This document shows, one piece after another, positions 8,786-19,594 of a stretch of 64,000 nt of DNA. Origin of the DNA: Rhodocyclaceae bacterium (GTDB lineage Bacteria > Pseudomonadota > Gammaproteobacteria > Burkholderiales > Rhodocyclaceae); contig JBAQRB010000024.1 of the NCBI GenBank assembly GCA_049295655.1, positions 554 to 64,553 on the forward strand. The letters are read 5' to 3'. Every line of letters begins with the position of its first letter. Position 1 is the first letter of the stretch. The position numbers were made by a program, and so were the translations under genes. Below the pieces are notes generated by a model. It ran no database searches. It had not been told where the DNA came from and was given only the letters and a program-made list of their open reading frames with translations.

Positions 8786-9961
8786 ATGACCCCGCCCCGC
8801 CGTATCGCCCACCTCGACATGGACGCCTTCTACGCGTCGGTCGAGCTGTTGCGCTATCCCGATCTGCGCGGCCAGCCGGTGGTGATCGGCGGGCGCGGCG
8901 ACCAGCAGCCGGTAACGCTGGCCGACGGCAGCCGGCGCTACGCGCGCCTGCGCGACTACACGGGGCGCGGCGTGATCACCACCTCGACCTACGAAGCGCG
9001 CGCGCTCGGCATCTTCTCGGCGATGGGCGTCATGAAGGCGGCGAAACTCGCGCCGGACGCGATCCTGCTGCCGGTCGATTTCGACGCCTACCGCCACTAC
9101 TCGCGCCGCTTCAAGGCAGCCGTCGCCGGCATCGCACCGCTGATCGAGGACCGCGGCATCGACGAGATCTACATCGACCTGAGCGGACTGTGCGAGCTGC
9201 CCGACGAAATGCAGGCGCTCGCCAGACACCTCAAGCAGGCCGTGTTCGACGCCACCGGCCTGACCTGCTCGATCGCCATCACGCCGAACAAGCTGCTCTC
9301 GAAAATCGGCTCCGACCTCGACAAGCCGGACGGCATCACGCTGCTCGGCGAGCACGATATCGCCACGCGCATCTGGCCGTTGCCGGTGCGCAAGATCAAC
9401 GGCATCGGCCCGAAGGCGGGCGAAAAGCTCGCCGCGCTCGGCATCAAGACCATTGCCGAACTGGCGCAGACCGAACCGGAATTCCTGCTGCTGCACTTTG
9501 GCCGCAGCTATGGCGCCTGGCTGCACGCAGCGGCCAACGGCATCGACGAGCGCCCGCTGGTGACCGAGAGCGAACCGAAGTCGATCAGCCGCGAAACGAC
9601 CTTCGAGCGCGACCTGCACCCGGTTCACGACCGCGCGACGCTGACCGAGGTCTTCACCGGCCTGTGCCGGCGCGTCGCCGACGACCTGCAGCGCAAGGGC
9701 TATCTTGGCCGGACGATCGGCATCAAGCTGCGTTTCGAGGATTTCTACACGGTGACGCGCGACGTGCGGCTGCCCGCAGCGACCGCCGACGCCGCCACCA
9801 TCCGCCGCGCCGCCGGCGAATGCCTGCGCCGCATTCCGCTCGACAAGAGACTTCGCCTGCTCGGCGTGCGGGCCAGCGCGCTGTCGTCGACAAGCACCGT
9901 GCGCGCGGCCGAAAGTTCGCCGCAGGGCGAGCTGGCGCTGCTGCCGGCGGACGGCGCCTAA
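8786..9961 (+). CDS. dinB: DNA polymerase IV (Y-family translesion polymerase)
   Basis: The N-terminus IAHLDMDAFYASVELLRYPDLRGQPVVIGG and the ~391-aa length are typical DinB. Confidence 0.92.
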   Translation: MTPPRRIAHLDMDAFYASVELLRYPDLRGQPVVIGGRGDQQPVTLADGSRRYARLRDYTGRGVITTSTYEARALGIFSAMGVMKAAKLAPDAILLPVDFDAYRHYSRRFKAAVAGIAPLIEDRGIDEIYIDLSGLCELPDEMQALARHLKQAVFDATGLTCSIAITPNKLLSKIGSDLDKPDGITLLGEHDIATRIWPLPVRKINGIGPKAGEKLAALGIKTIAELAQTEPEFLLLHFGRSYGAWLHAAANGIDERPLVTESEPKSISRETTFERDLHPVHDRATLTEVFTGLCRRVADDLQRKGYLGRTIGIKLRFEDFYTVTRDVRLPAATADAATIRRAAGECLRRIPLDKRLRLLGVRASALSSTSTVRAAESSPQGELALLPADGA

Positions 9962-9979
9962 GGCCACGGACAAGCAGGA

Positions 9980-10333
9980 TCAAACCAGGACGTGGCGGGT
10001 TTCTGAAAAGAAGCGGTGGATTTGCTGCTCGATGTCCGGATCGATCATTTCTGCCGGCCGCCGCCCGTTCGGGCAGGCAAGGCGCGGCGTCGTGCCGAAC
10101 AGGCGGCAAATCAGCGGTCGCTCGAGATAGACGCGGCAACCGTCGCTGCCAAGGTGCGGACAACTCAGATCGGCCAGCGCCGCCGCATGCAGCGCTTCGC
10201 TGAGCACCGGCAAACGGGACATTTCCTCGCTGGAAGTGGTCACCGGCCCGCAGCAGTCGTGGCATCCCGGCTGGCAGTCAAACGCCGGAATGCGCTGACG
10301 GAAAAACCGGATCTTCTGGCTGACGCCGCTCAC
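9980..10333 (-). CDS. YkgJ-family cysteine-cluster protein (putative Fe/Zn binding)
   Basis: 117-aa ORF with a GTG start. The Cys pattern CQPGCHDCCGP ... CPHLGSDGCRVYLERPLICRLFG is typical of UPF0153/YkgJ. Confidence 0.7.
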   Translation of the reverse strand: MSGVSQKIRFFRQRIPAFDCQPGCHDCCGPVTTSSEEMSRLPVLSEALHAAALADLSCPHLGSDGCRVYLERPLICRLFGTTPRLACPNGRRPAEMIDPDIEQQIHRFFSETRHVLV

Positions 10334-10420
10334 TGAACGGCTTTCCGTTCATGGCCAGGCCACGAGGCGCCAGCGTGCGCGACGGCGCTCTTGCCGGAGC
10401 GGGGCGTCGGCAAGACGAAA

Positions 10421-10549
10421 CTACAAAGCCGTATTGGTCGAGATGAAGCGCGAGCAGGCAACCGACAACTGGCGTACGCGTTCGGCCATTTCCGTATCGC
10501 CCGTTGCAGAGCCATTCAGCAGATCCATCAAATATTGCAGCTTGTACAT
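10421..10549 (-). CDS. candidate small protein (42 aa), unknown function
   Basis: Below the ORF-track size cutoff. Reads GGAGACGAGATC-ATG (SD-like GGAGA) then MYKLQYLMDLLNGSATGDTEMAERVRQLSVACSRFISTNTAL*. GC3 is moderately high. It sits in an otherwise empty ~400-nt gap. Confidence 0.25.
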   Translation of the reverse strand: MYKLQYLMDLLNGSATGDTEMAERVRQLSVACSRFISTNTAL

Positions 10550-10731
10550 GATCTCGTCTCCAGAAATATTCGCACCTGATTTCGGGAACACGAGCCTGAC
10601 GCTTTGGGGTTTGCCGCTTTTTCCACAGAGGTGGCAATTTTTGCCGATTCACCCTGATCCGCTGCCGCTGCAAGCCCGAATCGATGCTCCCGCAGCTACT
10701 AAAGCAGGATGCATGCCAAACCATTCGAGAA

Positions 10732-11646
10732 TCACTCGGCGCGTTGCAGGAAGCCCTCAAGGACTCGGGCGACGCGCTCCGGCTGGTCGTGCTGCAGATT
10801 GTGCCCGCAGTCGGCAATCGTCACGACGTCGGCGTCGGCAAAGCAGCCGATTCGCCGTGCATACTCGTCCGGGTCGTCGCCGAAGCGCTCGTGCACAAAG
10901 CCCTGCTCGGCGATCAGCAGCAGGAGCGGCGACGCAACGCTGCGCCAGCAGGCCAGCGCCTCGTCGATCCGGTAGAGCGTCGGTGCGGCGACCTTGTGCC
11001 AAGGATCGCAGGCCAGTTCGACCCGTCCGTCGGCAAGGCGGCGGCTGCCGTGCTCGGCGAGAAAATCGGCACGCTGTACGGTGAGGCGGGGATTGACCGA
11101 TCTGAGGCGCCGCGCCAGCGCCGCGTGGTCGGCGTAGGCGCGCAACGCCGGCGTCTGGCTCTGGGCATCGAGCCAGCGGGCGAGATGGGTCGGCGCGGCC
11201 GACGCAGCGCTCGCCGGCAGGCCAAGAAAATCGAGCATCGCCAGTTGCGCGACGCGTTGCGGCCGCGCCGCCGCGTAGATGCTCGCGATGTTGGCGCCCA
11301 TGCTGTGGCCGACCAGCCGCGCCGGCTGCTGCGGCGAGTAATGCTGCAACAGGCAGTCGAGATCGGCGTAATAGTCGGGAAACCAGTACGGCCGCCCGAG
11401 CCACTCGGAACCGCCGTAGCCGCGCCAGTCCGGCGCGATGACGTGCCATGGCTCGGACAGCGCATCGACGACGAACTGGAAGGTGACCGACGAATCCATC
11501 CAGCCGTGCAGCAGGAAAAGTTGCGGCGCATCGGGCGCCCCCCAGTGGCGAACGTTGTAGCGCAGCCCGCGCACATCGAGCGTTTCAACCCGGGATTCGA
11601 GAAATGGCGGCATGGCTTGCGGACTCGGCAAACGAAACGAGGGCAT
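10732..11646 (-). CDS. alpha/beta-fold hydrolase
   Basis: 304 aa with an HGW oxyanion region (LFLLHGWMDS) and nucleophile elbow GHSMGA. Its ATG overlaps the upstream kinase stop by 1 nt (TGATG). Confidence 0.85.
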   Translation of the reverse strand: MPSFRLPSPQAMPPFLESRVETLDVRGLRYNVRHWGAPDAPQLFLLHGWMDSSVTFQFVVDALSEPWHVIAPDWRGYGGSEWLGRPYWFPDYYADLDCLLQHYSPQQPARLVGHSMGANIASIYAAARPQRVAQLAMLDFLGLPASAASAAPTHLARWLDAQSQTPALRAYADHAALARRLRSVNPRLTVQRADFLAEHGSRRLADGRVELACDPWHKVAAPTLYRIDEALACWRSVASPLLLLIAEQGFVHERFGDDPDEYARRIGCFADADVVTIADCGHNLQHDQPERVARVLEGFLQRAE

Positions 11647-14636
11647 CAGTGTAGGTTGTTCGAACCCAAAAAACTTGCTACCGGATCATGCCGCGCATCG
11701 CCGGAACCGGCGAATTGCCGCAGAGAAGCGATGGTCTCGCGCGCACTTTCAAAGTCAAAACGCTGAATTTGCTGGTCAAGGATCAGCGCCCTTGCCCCGA
11801 GGGCCGCCTGGAACAACGCCGCGTTCTCGTCGATGAACACGACAGCTGCGGTGTCGTGCTGCGCCAGCAGCACATCGATCTCGTCAAGCAGGCTCCCGAG
11901 CAAGCCGATATGCGGCATGCTCCCGGCCGGAACGAGGACTGCCGGCGGGATTGGCAGCGCAGCGGCGAGGGCGGAAAACTCTAGGCCGACGGCCTGCGTT
12001 GCCAAGCCGATTTCGTCACACCCGCGCTCTTCCTGACTCGCTCGCAACAGCGCTTCCAGATGCCCTGCCGCTGCCGCCAGCCGGTCTGCGCCAATCGTCG
12101 CCGCAGCGCCCTTGAGCGTGTGGGCAAGATGGCGAGCTGTTTGATGATCGTTTGCCGACAGGCTCGCCTCAAGCCGCAGCATGTCGTCGGCACGCGCTGC
12201 GATGAAGAAGCGCAGCAGTTCGAGATACTTTTTGCTGTTGCCGCGCAACGCGGCCAAGCCACGCGTCACGTCGAAGCCCGGCAAGCCGGCGAGGTGCGCC
12301 AATACGGCGTCGGCACCGGGGTCGGAAGCCAAGGGCGGCGGACCATCGGGAAATCCAGCCGTCCCTTCCGCCATGCCGCCAGCGGCCGCCGGCAGCCAGC
12401 GCAGCAAGGCGCTGTAAAGCACGACAGGCTCGACCGGTTTGGCGATGAAGTCGTTCATGCCGACCGCTTCGCAGGCGATGCGGTCTTCGGCAAAGGCATT
12501 GGCCGTCATCGCCAGGATCGGTTTTGCCTCCCAGCCAGCCAGGGCGCGGATCGCACGGGTTGCCGCGAGGCCGTCCATGCGGGGCATTTGCATGTCCATC
12601 AGGATCAGGTCGTAGGACTGGCTTGTCGCCTTCTCCACGGCGACACCGCCGTCTTCTGCCGTATCCACCGTCAGACCGACGCCGTGCAACAACTCCAGCG
12701 CAACTTCACGATTGATCGCGTTGTCCTCGACCAGCAGCAAGCGCGCGGCACCGTGCTGACGGCGCAGTTGCGTCTCGGCGTCCACGGCATCCGTATTCGA
12801 TGCGGCGGGCATGATGCCGTGCCCACGCTGCAGGCGGGCAGTGAACCAGAAGATGCTGCCCGGCCCGGAGCGGCTGTCGATGCCGACTTCCCCGCCCATC
12901 AGATGCACCAGTCGCCGGGTGATCGCCAGCCCGAGGCCGGTTCCTCCGTACTTGCGCGTCGTCGAGCTGTCGGCCTGCGTAAATGCGTGGAAAAGACGCG
13001 CCACCTTGTCCGGTGCAACGCCGATACCGGTATCGGCAACCTCGAAACGCACCAGCAATTCGCCATCGCGCTCTTCCAGCAAGCGGGCGCGCAGGGCGAC
13101 GGCCCCCTGCTCGGTGAACTTGACGGCATTGCTGGCGTAGTTGAGCAAGGCCTGGCGCAAGCGGGTCGGATCGCCGCGCAGCCACAGCGGAACGGCATCG
13201 CTGTCGACTTCAATCGCCAGCCCCTTGGCGCGCGCCGATTCACCGATGATGGACGCGACATTGTCGAGGACGACAGAAAGGGGGAAATCGGTTCTTTCGA
13301 GCTGCAAGCGGCCGGCTTCGATCTTCGAGAGATCGAGAATGTCGTTGATGATGGACAGCAGATGCCGCCCGGCGCCTTCTATCCGGAGCAGCCGCTCGGC
13401 CTGCTCCCCTGATGCGCCGGAACGCCGCAGCAGATGGGTCAGGCCGATGATGGCGTTCATCGGGGTGCGGATTTCGTGGCTCATGTTGGCCAGAAAGGCG
13501 CTCTTCGCCAGATTGGCCGCATCGGCCTGCTGCCTTGCCGTGACGAGCTCTGCCGTGCGCTCCTCGACCAGTTGCTCGAGATGATGGCGATGCTGCGCCA
13601 GTTCGTCGCCGAGCCGCTTTTTCTCGGTGATGTCTTCCTTCACCGCGACATGATGGCTGAGCGTGCCATCGGCCTGGCGCAACGGGGTGATGATGGCGAA
13701 TTCGAGATACTCGCTGCCGTCCTTGCGCCGGTTGATGAACTCGCCCTTCCACGTCTCGCCGCGCTGCAGGGCCGCCCACATTTTGACGAACCTCTCCGGC
13801 GGCGTCCTGCCCGATTGCAGCAGGCGCGGATTCTTGCCGAGCACCTCGTCGCGACGGTAGCCGGTCGATTGCACAAAAGCTTCATTCACGTACTCGATCT
13901 CGCCGTCCAGATTGGTGATGACGACACTTTCCGGGCTTTGCTCGACGGCCTGCGCCAGCTTGCGCAGCTGCTCCTCCATCTGCTTGCGTTCGGTGATGTC
14001 GCGAGAGACCCCGAACATGCCGATAATCCGCCCGTCGCCATCGCGCAACGGCCCCTTGGTCGACAGATAGATGCGCTCGCCATCGACCGTCGACACCATT
14101 TCCTCGAAGGTATCGATCATGTTGTCGGCAAGAACACGCAGGTCGTTGGCACGAATGATCCCGGCCTGTGCCGGCGGAAAGAGCACCGTATCGTCCAGCC
14201 CCAAGGCAAGCTCGGCCACCTTGCCGGTGACCCGCGAGGTTTCGTGGTTGAACAGCAGATAACGGCCGGCAAGATCCTTGGCAAAAATCGCATCGGTCGA
14301 ACTATCGACAATGGCCGCGAGCAGTTGCTGGCTGCGCATTTTTTCGGCCTGTGCCGCATGCTCGCGCAGCGATGCAGCCAGCGCCTGGGCAAGCAGGCGG
14401 CGGACCAGGATATAGAGCAGCAGCGAGGTAACCGCAACGAACAGCCAGCCCTTCAGCATGCTGACCAGCGTCATCTGGCGCGGATCGAGAAACAGCAGCG
14501 CCACCGCCTTGTCGGACAGCAGGATCCAGAGGCTGGCAAAAACAGCGTAAATCAGCACCAGGCGCAACGCAGCACCGCTTGCCGGCATCTTGCTACCCGT
14601 CGCCAGGGGCTCGCCAGTCAAATACAGCGCCTTCAT
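11646..14636 (-). CDS. membrane-bound hybrid sensor histidine kinase (PAS x2-3, HisKA, HATPase, REC, HPt)
   Basis: N-terminal TM helices and PAS regions. H-box [15 protein letters not shown]-boxes DTGIGV..GGTGLGL, REC ([25 protein letters not shown]) and C-terminal HPt ([12 protein letters not shown]). ATG 14636 overlaps the upstream stop. Confidence 0.9.
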   Translation of the reverse strand: MKALYLTGEPLATGSKMPASGAALRLVLIYAVFASLWILLSDKAVALLFLDPRQMTLVSMLKGWLFVAVTSLLLYILVRRLLAQALAASLREHAAQAEKMRSQQLLAAIVDSSTDAIFAKDLAGRYLLFNHETSRVTGKVAELALGLDDTVLFPPAQAGIIRANDLRVLADNMIDTFEEMVSTVDGERIYLSTKGPLRDGDGRIIGMFGVSRDITERKQMEEQLRKLAQAVEQSPESVVITNLDGEIEYVNEAFVQSTGYRRDEVLGKNPRLLQSGRTPPERFVKMWAALQRGETWKGEFINRRKDGSEYLEFAIITPLRQADGTLSHHVAVKEDITEKKRLGDELAQHRHHLEQLVEERTAELVTARQQADAANLAKSAFLANMSHEIRTPMNAIIGLTHLLRRSGASGEQAERLLRIEGAGRHLLSIINDILDLSKIEAGRLQLERTDFPLSVVLDNVASIIGESARAKGLAIEVDSDAVPLWLRGDPTRLRQALLNYASNAVKFTEQGAVALRARLLEERDGELLVRFEVADTGIGVAPDKVARLFHAFTQADSSTTRKYGGTGLGLAITRRLVHLMGGEVGIDSRSGPGSIFWFTARLQRGHGIMPAASNTDAVDAETQLRRQHGAARLLLVEDNAINREVALELLHGVGLTVDTAEDGGVAVEKATSQSYDLILMDMQMPRMDGLAATRAIRALAGWEAKPILAMTANAFAEDRIACEAVGMNDFIAKPVEPVVLYSALLRWLPAAAGGMAEGTAGFPDGPPPLASDPGADAVLAHLAGLPGFDVTRGLAALRGNSKKYLELLRFFIAARADDMLRLEASLSANDHQTARHLAHTLKGAAATIGADRLAAAAGHLEALLRASQEERGCDEIGLATQAVGLEFSALAAALPIPPAVLVPAGSMPHIGLLGSLLDEIDVLLAQHDTAAVVFIDENAALFQAALGARALILDQQIQRFDFESARETIASLRQFAGSGDARHDPVASFLGSNNLH

Positions 14637-15751
14637 CAAAACGCCGGCTCAACGTGCTCCGCCGCGTCTCGATAACGCTGGGCAATGGCCACAAAGTCAG
14701 CAAATCCGGCAAGAAAGACGTCGACCACATCGGGATCGAAGTGCTTGCCGCGCCCAGCGGCGATGATCGAGCGCGCTTCGGCGTTGGGCATCGCCGGTTT
14801 GTAGACGCGGACCGAAACCAGGGCATCGAACACATCGGCGACGGCCATCAGGCGCGCAGAAATGGGGATCGCATCGCCGGCCAGACCGTCCGGGTAGCCG
14901 CTGCCATCCCATTTTTCGTGGTGCCAGTGGGCAATTTCCTTGGCCAGCGACAGAAAATCCAGCGGCATTTCGATATCGTGTTCGGCCTGCTCGATGGCAT
15001 CGCTGCCCAGCCTGGCGTGCGTCTGCATGACCGCCCACTCTTCCGGCGTGAGCTTTCCGGGTTTGAGCAGGATGTAATCGGGAATGCCGACCTTGCCGAT
15101 ATCGTGCAAGGGCGCCGAACGGGAGAGTAGGCTGATATAGCGTTCGCTCAGCATCGAGGCAAAGCGGGGATGTTCGCGCAGCCCGAGCGCCAGTCGTTCG
15201 ACGTAGCCTTGGGTGCGCAGGATATGGTTGCCGGTTTCCGGATCACGGATTTCAGCCAGATGCGCCAGCGCCCGGATGCTGACGCGCTGCGTCAGATCGT
15301 TCTCGGTCATGCGCCGGGCGACTTCGGCCTCAAGCGTTGCGTTCTGATCCTTCAGCCAGTCGCGCGCCTGCTTGGCCTCAAGCTGGGTGCGCACGCGGGC
15401 GAGCACGACGGTCGGGTTGATCGGCTTGGTGATGTAATCGGCAGCCCCCAGCAGCAGGCCGCGCTCCTCGTCCTCGACGCTCGCCTGGGCGGTGAGGAAA
15501 ACGACCGGAATATCACGGGTCGCAGCGACTTCGCGCAAACGGGCAAGCACGGCATAACCGTCCATTCCCGGCATCATCACATCGAGCAGGATGAGGTCGG
15601 GCTTGGTCGTGCCATTCGCCACCCGCAAACCTGCAGCCCCCGAAGTGGCGGCCAGGACTCGATAACGCGGACGCAGCAAGGTGCTTAAAACACTCAGGTT
15701 TTCGGCTGAGTCGTCAATGATCAGGATGACGGAGCTAAGTAGGCGCTTCAT
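14636..15751 (-). CDS. response regulator with HD-GYP output domain (RpfG-like)
   Basis: REC ([26 protein letters not shown]) followed by HD-GYP ([10 protein letters not shown] ... [11 protein letters not shown]). Confidence 0.9.
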   Translation of the reverse strand: MKRLLSSVILIIDDSAENLSVLSTLLRPRYRVLAATSGAAGLRVANGTTKPDLILLDVMMPGMDGYAVLARLREVAATRDIPVVFLTAQASVEDEERGLLLGAADYITKPINPTVVLARVRTQLEAKQARDWLKDQNATLEAEVARRMTENDLTQRVSIRALAHLAEIRDPETGNHILRTQGYVERLALGLREHPRFASMLSERYISLLSRSAPLHDIGKVGIPDYILLKPGKLTPEEWAVMQTHARLGSDAIEQAEHDIEMPLDFLSLAKEIAHWHHEKWDGSGYPDGLAGDAIPISARLMAVADVFDALVSVRVYKPAMPNAEARSIIAAGRGKHFDPDVVDVFLAGFADFVAIAQRYRDAAEHVEPAF

Positions 15752-15877
15752 ACGGATTTGTCACCAGCTTGGTAATAGTATGCGAGTCTAAGCCCATTTC
15801 ATTTCTACGGGAATCGGGCAGAATTGCGCCACCCCTGCGCTGGAGACAATTCCAGACTTCCCTTGCAAAGCCTTCCG

Positions 15878-16558
15878 ATGCGCTTCCCCGCCCTGCACCT
15901 GACTCCGCACCTTACCCTATTCCTTGCCGCTTTCCTTGTCGGTGCCAGCCGGGCGGACGAATGCGACCAACTACCGCCCCCTTCGGTGACGGTCAAGCGG
16001 CTTGACGAGCGCTTTAGCGTGACGACCCAGTACGGCTACAAGGAACTGAACCACCTCGGATCGGCGCTTGCCCAGCGGGGGCAGCAGATCCTCGGGCTGA
16101 CCCGGGGCCACGCCGTCGCACAGTTCACGACCCGTACGCCGCTTTATGTCGACCGGAGCGGCCACAACGAGTGCGCCAGTCCGCAGCTCACGTTGACCCT
16201 CGGCTTCAGTCCGCTGAGCGTCTATGTGGCGAAGGAGTTCCCCCCCGGCAGTTGTGCCTATCAGGAGATTTACCAGCACGAACTACGTCACGTCAAAACC
16301 TACCAGTCGCACCTTGCCAGCATCGAGAAGGATCTCCTCGCTACGCTGAACCGCCGCTTCGCCACCGGCAGCCCTTGGCGCGGACCGGCGGGCCAGACAC
16401 GAACCCGGCTGCAACAGGAACTCAACGAACGCTGGCTGCCCTACATCCAGCGCGAAATCGCCCGCGGCGATGATGCCCAGGCGCTGATCGACACCGACGA
16501 GGAATACGCCCGCGTCACTAGGGCCTGCGACGGCGAAATCAGGAAGCGCATCCACTGA
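15878..16558 (+). CDS. secreted hypothetical protein with HExxH motif (possible DUF922-like metallopeptidase)
   Basis: ATG 15878 gives a signal-peptide-like N-terminus (MRFPALHLTPHLTLFLAAFLVGASRA). An HELRH motif is present. The family assignment is tentative. Confidence 0.45.
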   Translation: MRFPALHLTPHLTLFLAAFLVGASRADECDQLPPPSVTVKRLDERFSVTTQYGYKELNHLGSALAQRGQQILGLTRGHAVAQFTTRTPLYVDRSGHNECASPQLTLTLGFSPLSVYVAKEFPPGSCAYQEIYQHELRHVKTYQSHLASIEKDLLATLNRRFATGSPWRGPAGQTRTRLQQELNERWLPYIQREIARGDDAQALIDTDEEYARVTRACDGEIRKRIH

Positions 16559-16630
16559 CCGGCCACGGATTGCCGCTCGCCGCGCGAATTCGGATAAAGT
16601 AGGCGGGATTCATCCGACAAGAACCCGACC

Positions 16631-17596
16631 ATGCTCATCAACTGCGCCGCCTACCAGAAGGGCAGGAAGCTCACCGACATTCCGGTCGCCGAGATCAGCG
16701 ATTACCTTGACCGTCCCGACTGTTTCGTCTGGGTCGCCCTGCGTGACGCCGAACCGGCCGAACTCGAGGAAATGCGCGGTGAATTCGGGCTGCACGAACT
16801 GGCCGTCGAGGATGCCCACCACGGCCATCAGCGGCCGAAAATCGAGGAGTACGACGAATCGATTTTTGCCGTGATGCACCTTGTCGAGATGACCGGCGGA
16901 AAGCTGAATTTCGGTGAAGTCGATGTGTTCGTCGGCAAGAATTACGTGCTCTCGGTACGCAACCACAGCGAACAGGATTTCCTCGGCGTACGCAGCCGCT
17001 GCGAACGCGAACCGCACCTGCTCAAGCTCGGCGCCGGCTTTGTTTTCTACGCGCTGATGGATGCCGTGGTAGACCGCTACTTCCCGGTCGTCGACGCGCT
17101 GGAATCGGAACTCGAGCTGATTGAAGAGCAGATTTTCTCGAAGGGTACGGCCCGTTCGAACATCGAGCGGCTCTATGAACTGAAGCGCAAGGTGATGCTG
17201 CTCAAGCACGCGGTCGCCCCGCTGACGGAAGCGGCCGGCAAGCTTTTCAGCAGCCGTGCGCCTGTGGTCTGCATCAACACCCGGCACTATTTCCGTGACG
17301 TCTATGACCACCTGAGCCGCATCAACACGTCGATCGACGCGATCCGCGAAACCATCGGCACGGCGATCCAGGTCAATCTTTCACTGGTCACCATCGAGGA
17401 AAGCGAAGTCAACAAGCGCCTCGCGGCATGGGCCGGCATCTTTGCCGTCGCCACGGCCTTCGCCGGCATCTGGGGAATGAACTTCAAGGCCATGCCCGAA
17501 CTGCAATGGCAGTACGGCTATCCGGCGGCGCTGGCCATCATCGCGACGACCTGCGCCCTGCTCTACCGCCGCTTCAAGCGCGCCGGCTGGCTGTGA
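16631..17596 (+). CDS. corA: magnesium/cobalt transporter CorA
   Basis: 321 aa with the C-terminal GMNF signature (GIWGMNFKAMPEL) and two terminal TM helices. Confidence 0.92.
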   Translation: MLINCAAYQKGRKLTDIPVAEISDYLDRPDCFVWVALRDAEPAELEEMRGEFGLHELAVEDAHHGHQRPKIEEYDESIFAVMHLVEMTGGKLNFGEVDVFVGKNYVLSVRNHSEQDFLGVRSRCEREPHLLKLGAGFVFYALMDAVVDRYFPVVDALESELELIEEQIFSKGTARSNIERLYELKRKVMLLKHAVAPLTEAAGKLFSSRAPVVCINTRHYFRDVYDHLSRINTSIDAIRETIGTAIQVNLSLVTIEESEVNKRLAAWAGIFAVATAFAGIWGMNFKAMPELQWQYGYPAALAIIATTCALLYRRFKRAGWL

Positions 17597-17605
17597 CGCA
17601 GTTTT

Positions 17606-17742
17606 TCAACCACAACGGGCACAACGAATACATTTGATTTTGCTGGCCTTGATGAATGAAGCCGCAAATCATTGTTTTTCGCCGTCCCCCAAGGGGAGGC
17701 TTCGCGCTGTTCGTTGTGCCCGTTGTGCCCGTTGTGGTTAAC
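17606..17742. repeat. intergenic inverted-repeat element built from tandem 9-nt units (copy B)
   Basis: Left arm TCAACCACAACGGGCACAACGAA (17606-17628). Right arm TTCGTTGTGCCCGTTGTGCCCGTTGTGGTTAAC (17710-17742). The ~80-nt spacer contains a small CCCC-caa-GGGG hairpin. The right arm is identical to that of copy A. Confidence 0.85.
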
Positions 17743-17764
17743 TACTTTTCAAGAAACGGTCTCG

Positions 17765-19435
17765 CTATTTCGCTGCCCCATCCCGCAATTCGCGACGCAG
17801 TATCTTGCCGACGTTGGTCTTCGGCAAGTCATCGCGGAATTCGACGCGATGCGGCACCTTGTAGGCGGTGAGGTTGTCGCGGCAATGGGCGATCAGCGCC
17901 TCGGCGGTCAATGACGGGTCCTTCCTGACTACGTAGATTTTCACCGCTTCGCCGGTTTTTTCGTCCGGCACCCCGACGGCAGCCACTTCCAGAATGCCGG
18001 GGTGCATGGCGACAACATCCTCGACTTCGTTCGGATACACATTGAAGCCCGAGACGAGGATCATGTCTTTCTTGCGATCGACGATGCGCACGAAGCCCTT
18101 GGCGTCCATCACGGCAACGTCGCCGGTCTTCAGGAAGCCGTCGGGCAGGAAGGCGAAGGCAGTCTCCTCGGGGCGCCGGTAGTAGCCCTTCATCACCTGC
18201 GGGCCGCGGATGCACAGTTCGCCGCGCTCGCCGAGTGCGACATCAACGCCGTAATCGTCGCGAATCGCCACTTCGGTCGACGAAATCGGCAGACCGATCG
18301 AGCCGTTGTATTCCGGAATGTCGAGCGGATTGATCGTCGCCGCCGGCGACGTCTCGGTCAGGCCGTAGGCTTCGATCAGCGGCTTGCCGGTGACCCGCTT
18401 CCATTTCTCGGCAACGGCCTTCTGGACGGCCATGCCGCCGCCTAGCGTGACTTTCAGCGGCCGAAAATCAAGCGCAGCAAACGCTTCGTTGTTGAGCAGC
18501 GCGTTGAACAGGGTATTGACGCCGGTAATCACCGTAAAGGGGTATTTTCCGAGCTCCGCGACAAAGCCGGGAATGTCGCGCGGATTGGTGATCAGCAGGT
18601 TGCTGGCGCCGATCTTGACAAAGGTGAAGCAGTTCGCGGTCAGCGCAAAGATGTGATAAAGCGGCAGCGCCGTGACGACCAACTCGGCGCCCTCCTGCAC
18701 CGCCGGCTTGATCCAGGCATGCGCCTGCGCCACGTTGGCCAGGATGTTGCGGTGCGTCAGCATCGCCCCCTTCGCAACGCCCGTTGTCCCGCCGGTATAT
18801 TGCAGGAAGGCAAGGTCTTCCTGCGTCACCTTGACCGGCTTGAAGCCGGCGCTCGCCCCCTGCGCCAGGGTCGCCTGAAAGTCGGTGCAGGCCGGCAGAT
18901 GCCAGGCGGGCACCATTTTCTTGATGTGCTTGACGACGAAATTGACGACCAGGCGCTTCGGAAAGCCGAGCATGTCGCCAAGCCGGGTCATGACGATGTG
19001 CCGGACCTGCGTCCTGGCGAGCACCGGCTCCAGCGTGTGCGCGAAATTCTCCAGGATGACGATCGCCTCGGCACCCGAATCCGCCAGCTGGTGCTCAAGC
19101 TCGCGCGGCGTATAGAGCGGATTGACATTGACCACCGTGTAACCGGCGCGCAAGGCCCCGAACATGCACACCGGGTACTGCAGCATGTTCGGCATCATGA
19201 TCGCAAGACGCGCGCCCTGCGGTAGCTTGAGCACGGATTGCAGGTACGCGGCAAAGTTGCGCGACTGAACGTCGAGCTCCGCATAGGTCAGGCTCGCGCC
19301 CATATTGATGTAAGCCACGCGATCGCCGTAACGGGCGACGCTTTTTTCGAACATCTCGCCAAGCGAGGCAAACTCGCTCAGATCGATTTCAGCAGGCACG
19401 CCGGCCTGATAGCTTTGCAGCCATATCTTGTCCAT
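17765..19435 (-). CDS. fadD: long-chain fatty acid--CoA ligase
   Basis: AMP-binding motifs ([20 protein letters not shown]; GYGLTETSP; [12 protein letters not shown]). ATG 19435 (MDKIWLQSY) is preceded by GGAGGAGA; the ORF track starts at 19483. Confidence 0.9.
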   Translation of the reverse strand: MDKIWLQSYQAGVPAEIDLSEFASLGEMFEKSVARYGDRVAYINMGASLTYAELDVQSRNFAAYLQSVLKLPQGARLAIMMPNMLQYPVCMFGALRAGYTVVNVNPLYTPRELEHQLADSGAEAIVILENFAHTLEPVLARTQVRHIVMTRLGDMLGFPKRLVVNFVVKHIKKMVPAWHLPACTDFQATLAQGASAGFKPVKVTQEDLAFLQYTGGTTGVAKGAMLTHRNILANVAQAHAWIKPAVQEGAELVVTALPLYHIFALTANCFTFVKIGASNLLITNPRDIPGFVAELGKYPFTVITGVNTLFNALLNNEAFAALDFRPLKVTLGGGMAVQKAVAEKWKRVTGKPLIEAYGLTETSPAATINPLDIPEYNGSIGLPISSTEVAIRDDYGVDVALGERGELCIRGPQVMKGYYRRPEETAFAFLPDGFLKTGDVAVMDAKGFVRIVDRKKDMILVSGFNVYPNEVEDVVAMHPGILEVAAVGVPDEKTGEAVKIYVVRKDPSLTAEALIAHCRDNLTAYKVPHRVEFRDDLPKTNVGKILRRELRDGAAK

Positions 19436-19594
19436 CTGGTCTCCTCCTGTACTGCACTGTTTATTTGAAAATCGAACTATCACGCACCGGATGTCGTTCT
19501 ACGGACGCTCCACCGGTGCTTCTTGCTGCGTTGTGTGCAGTGCTGCCAATGACTGAGATGCTGAAAACCAGTTACCCGCCGCAAGGCGGTGAGC

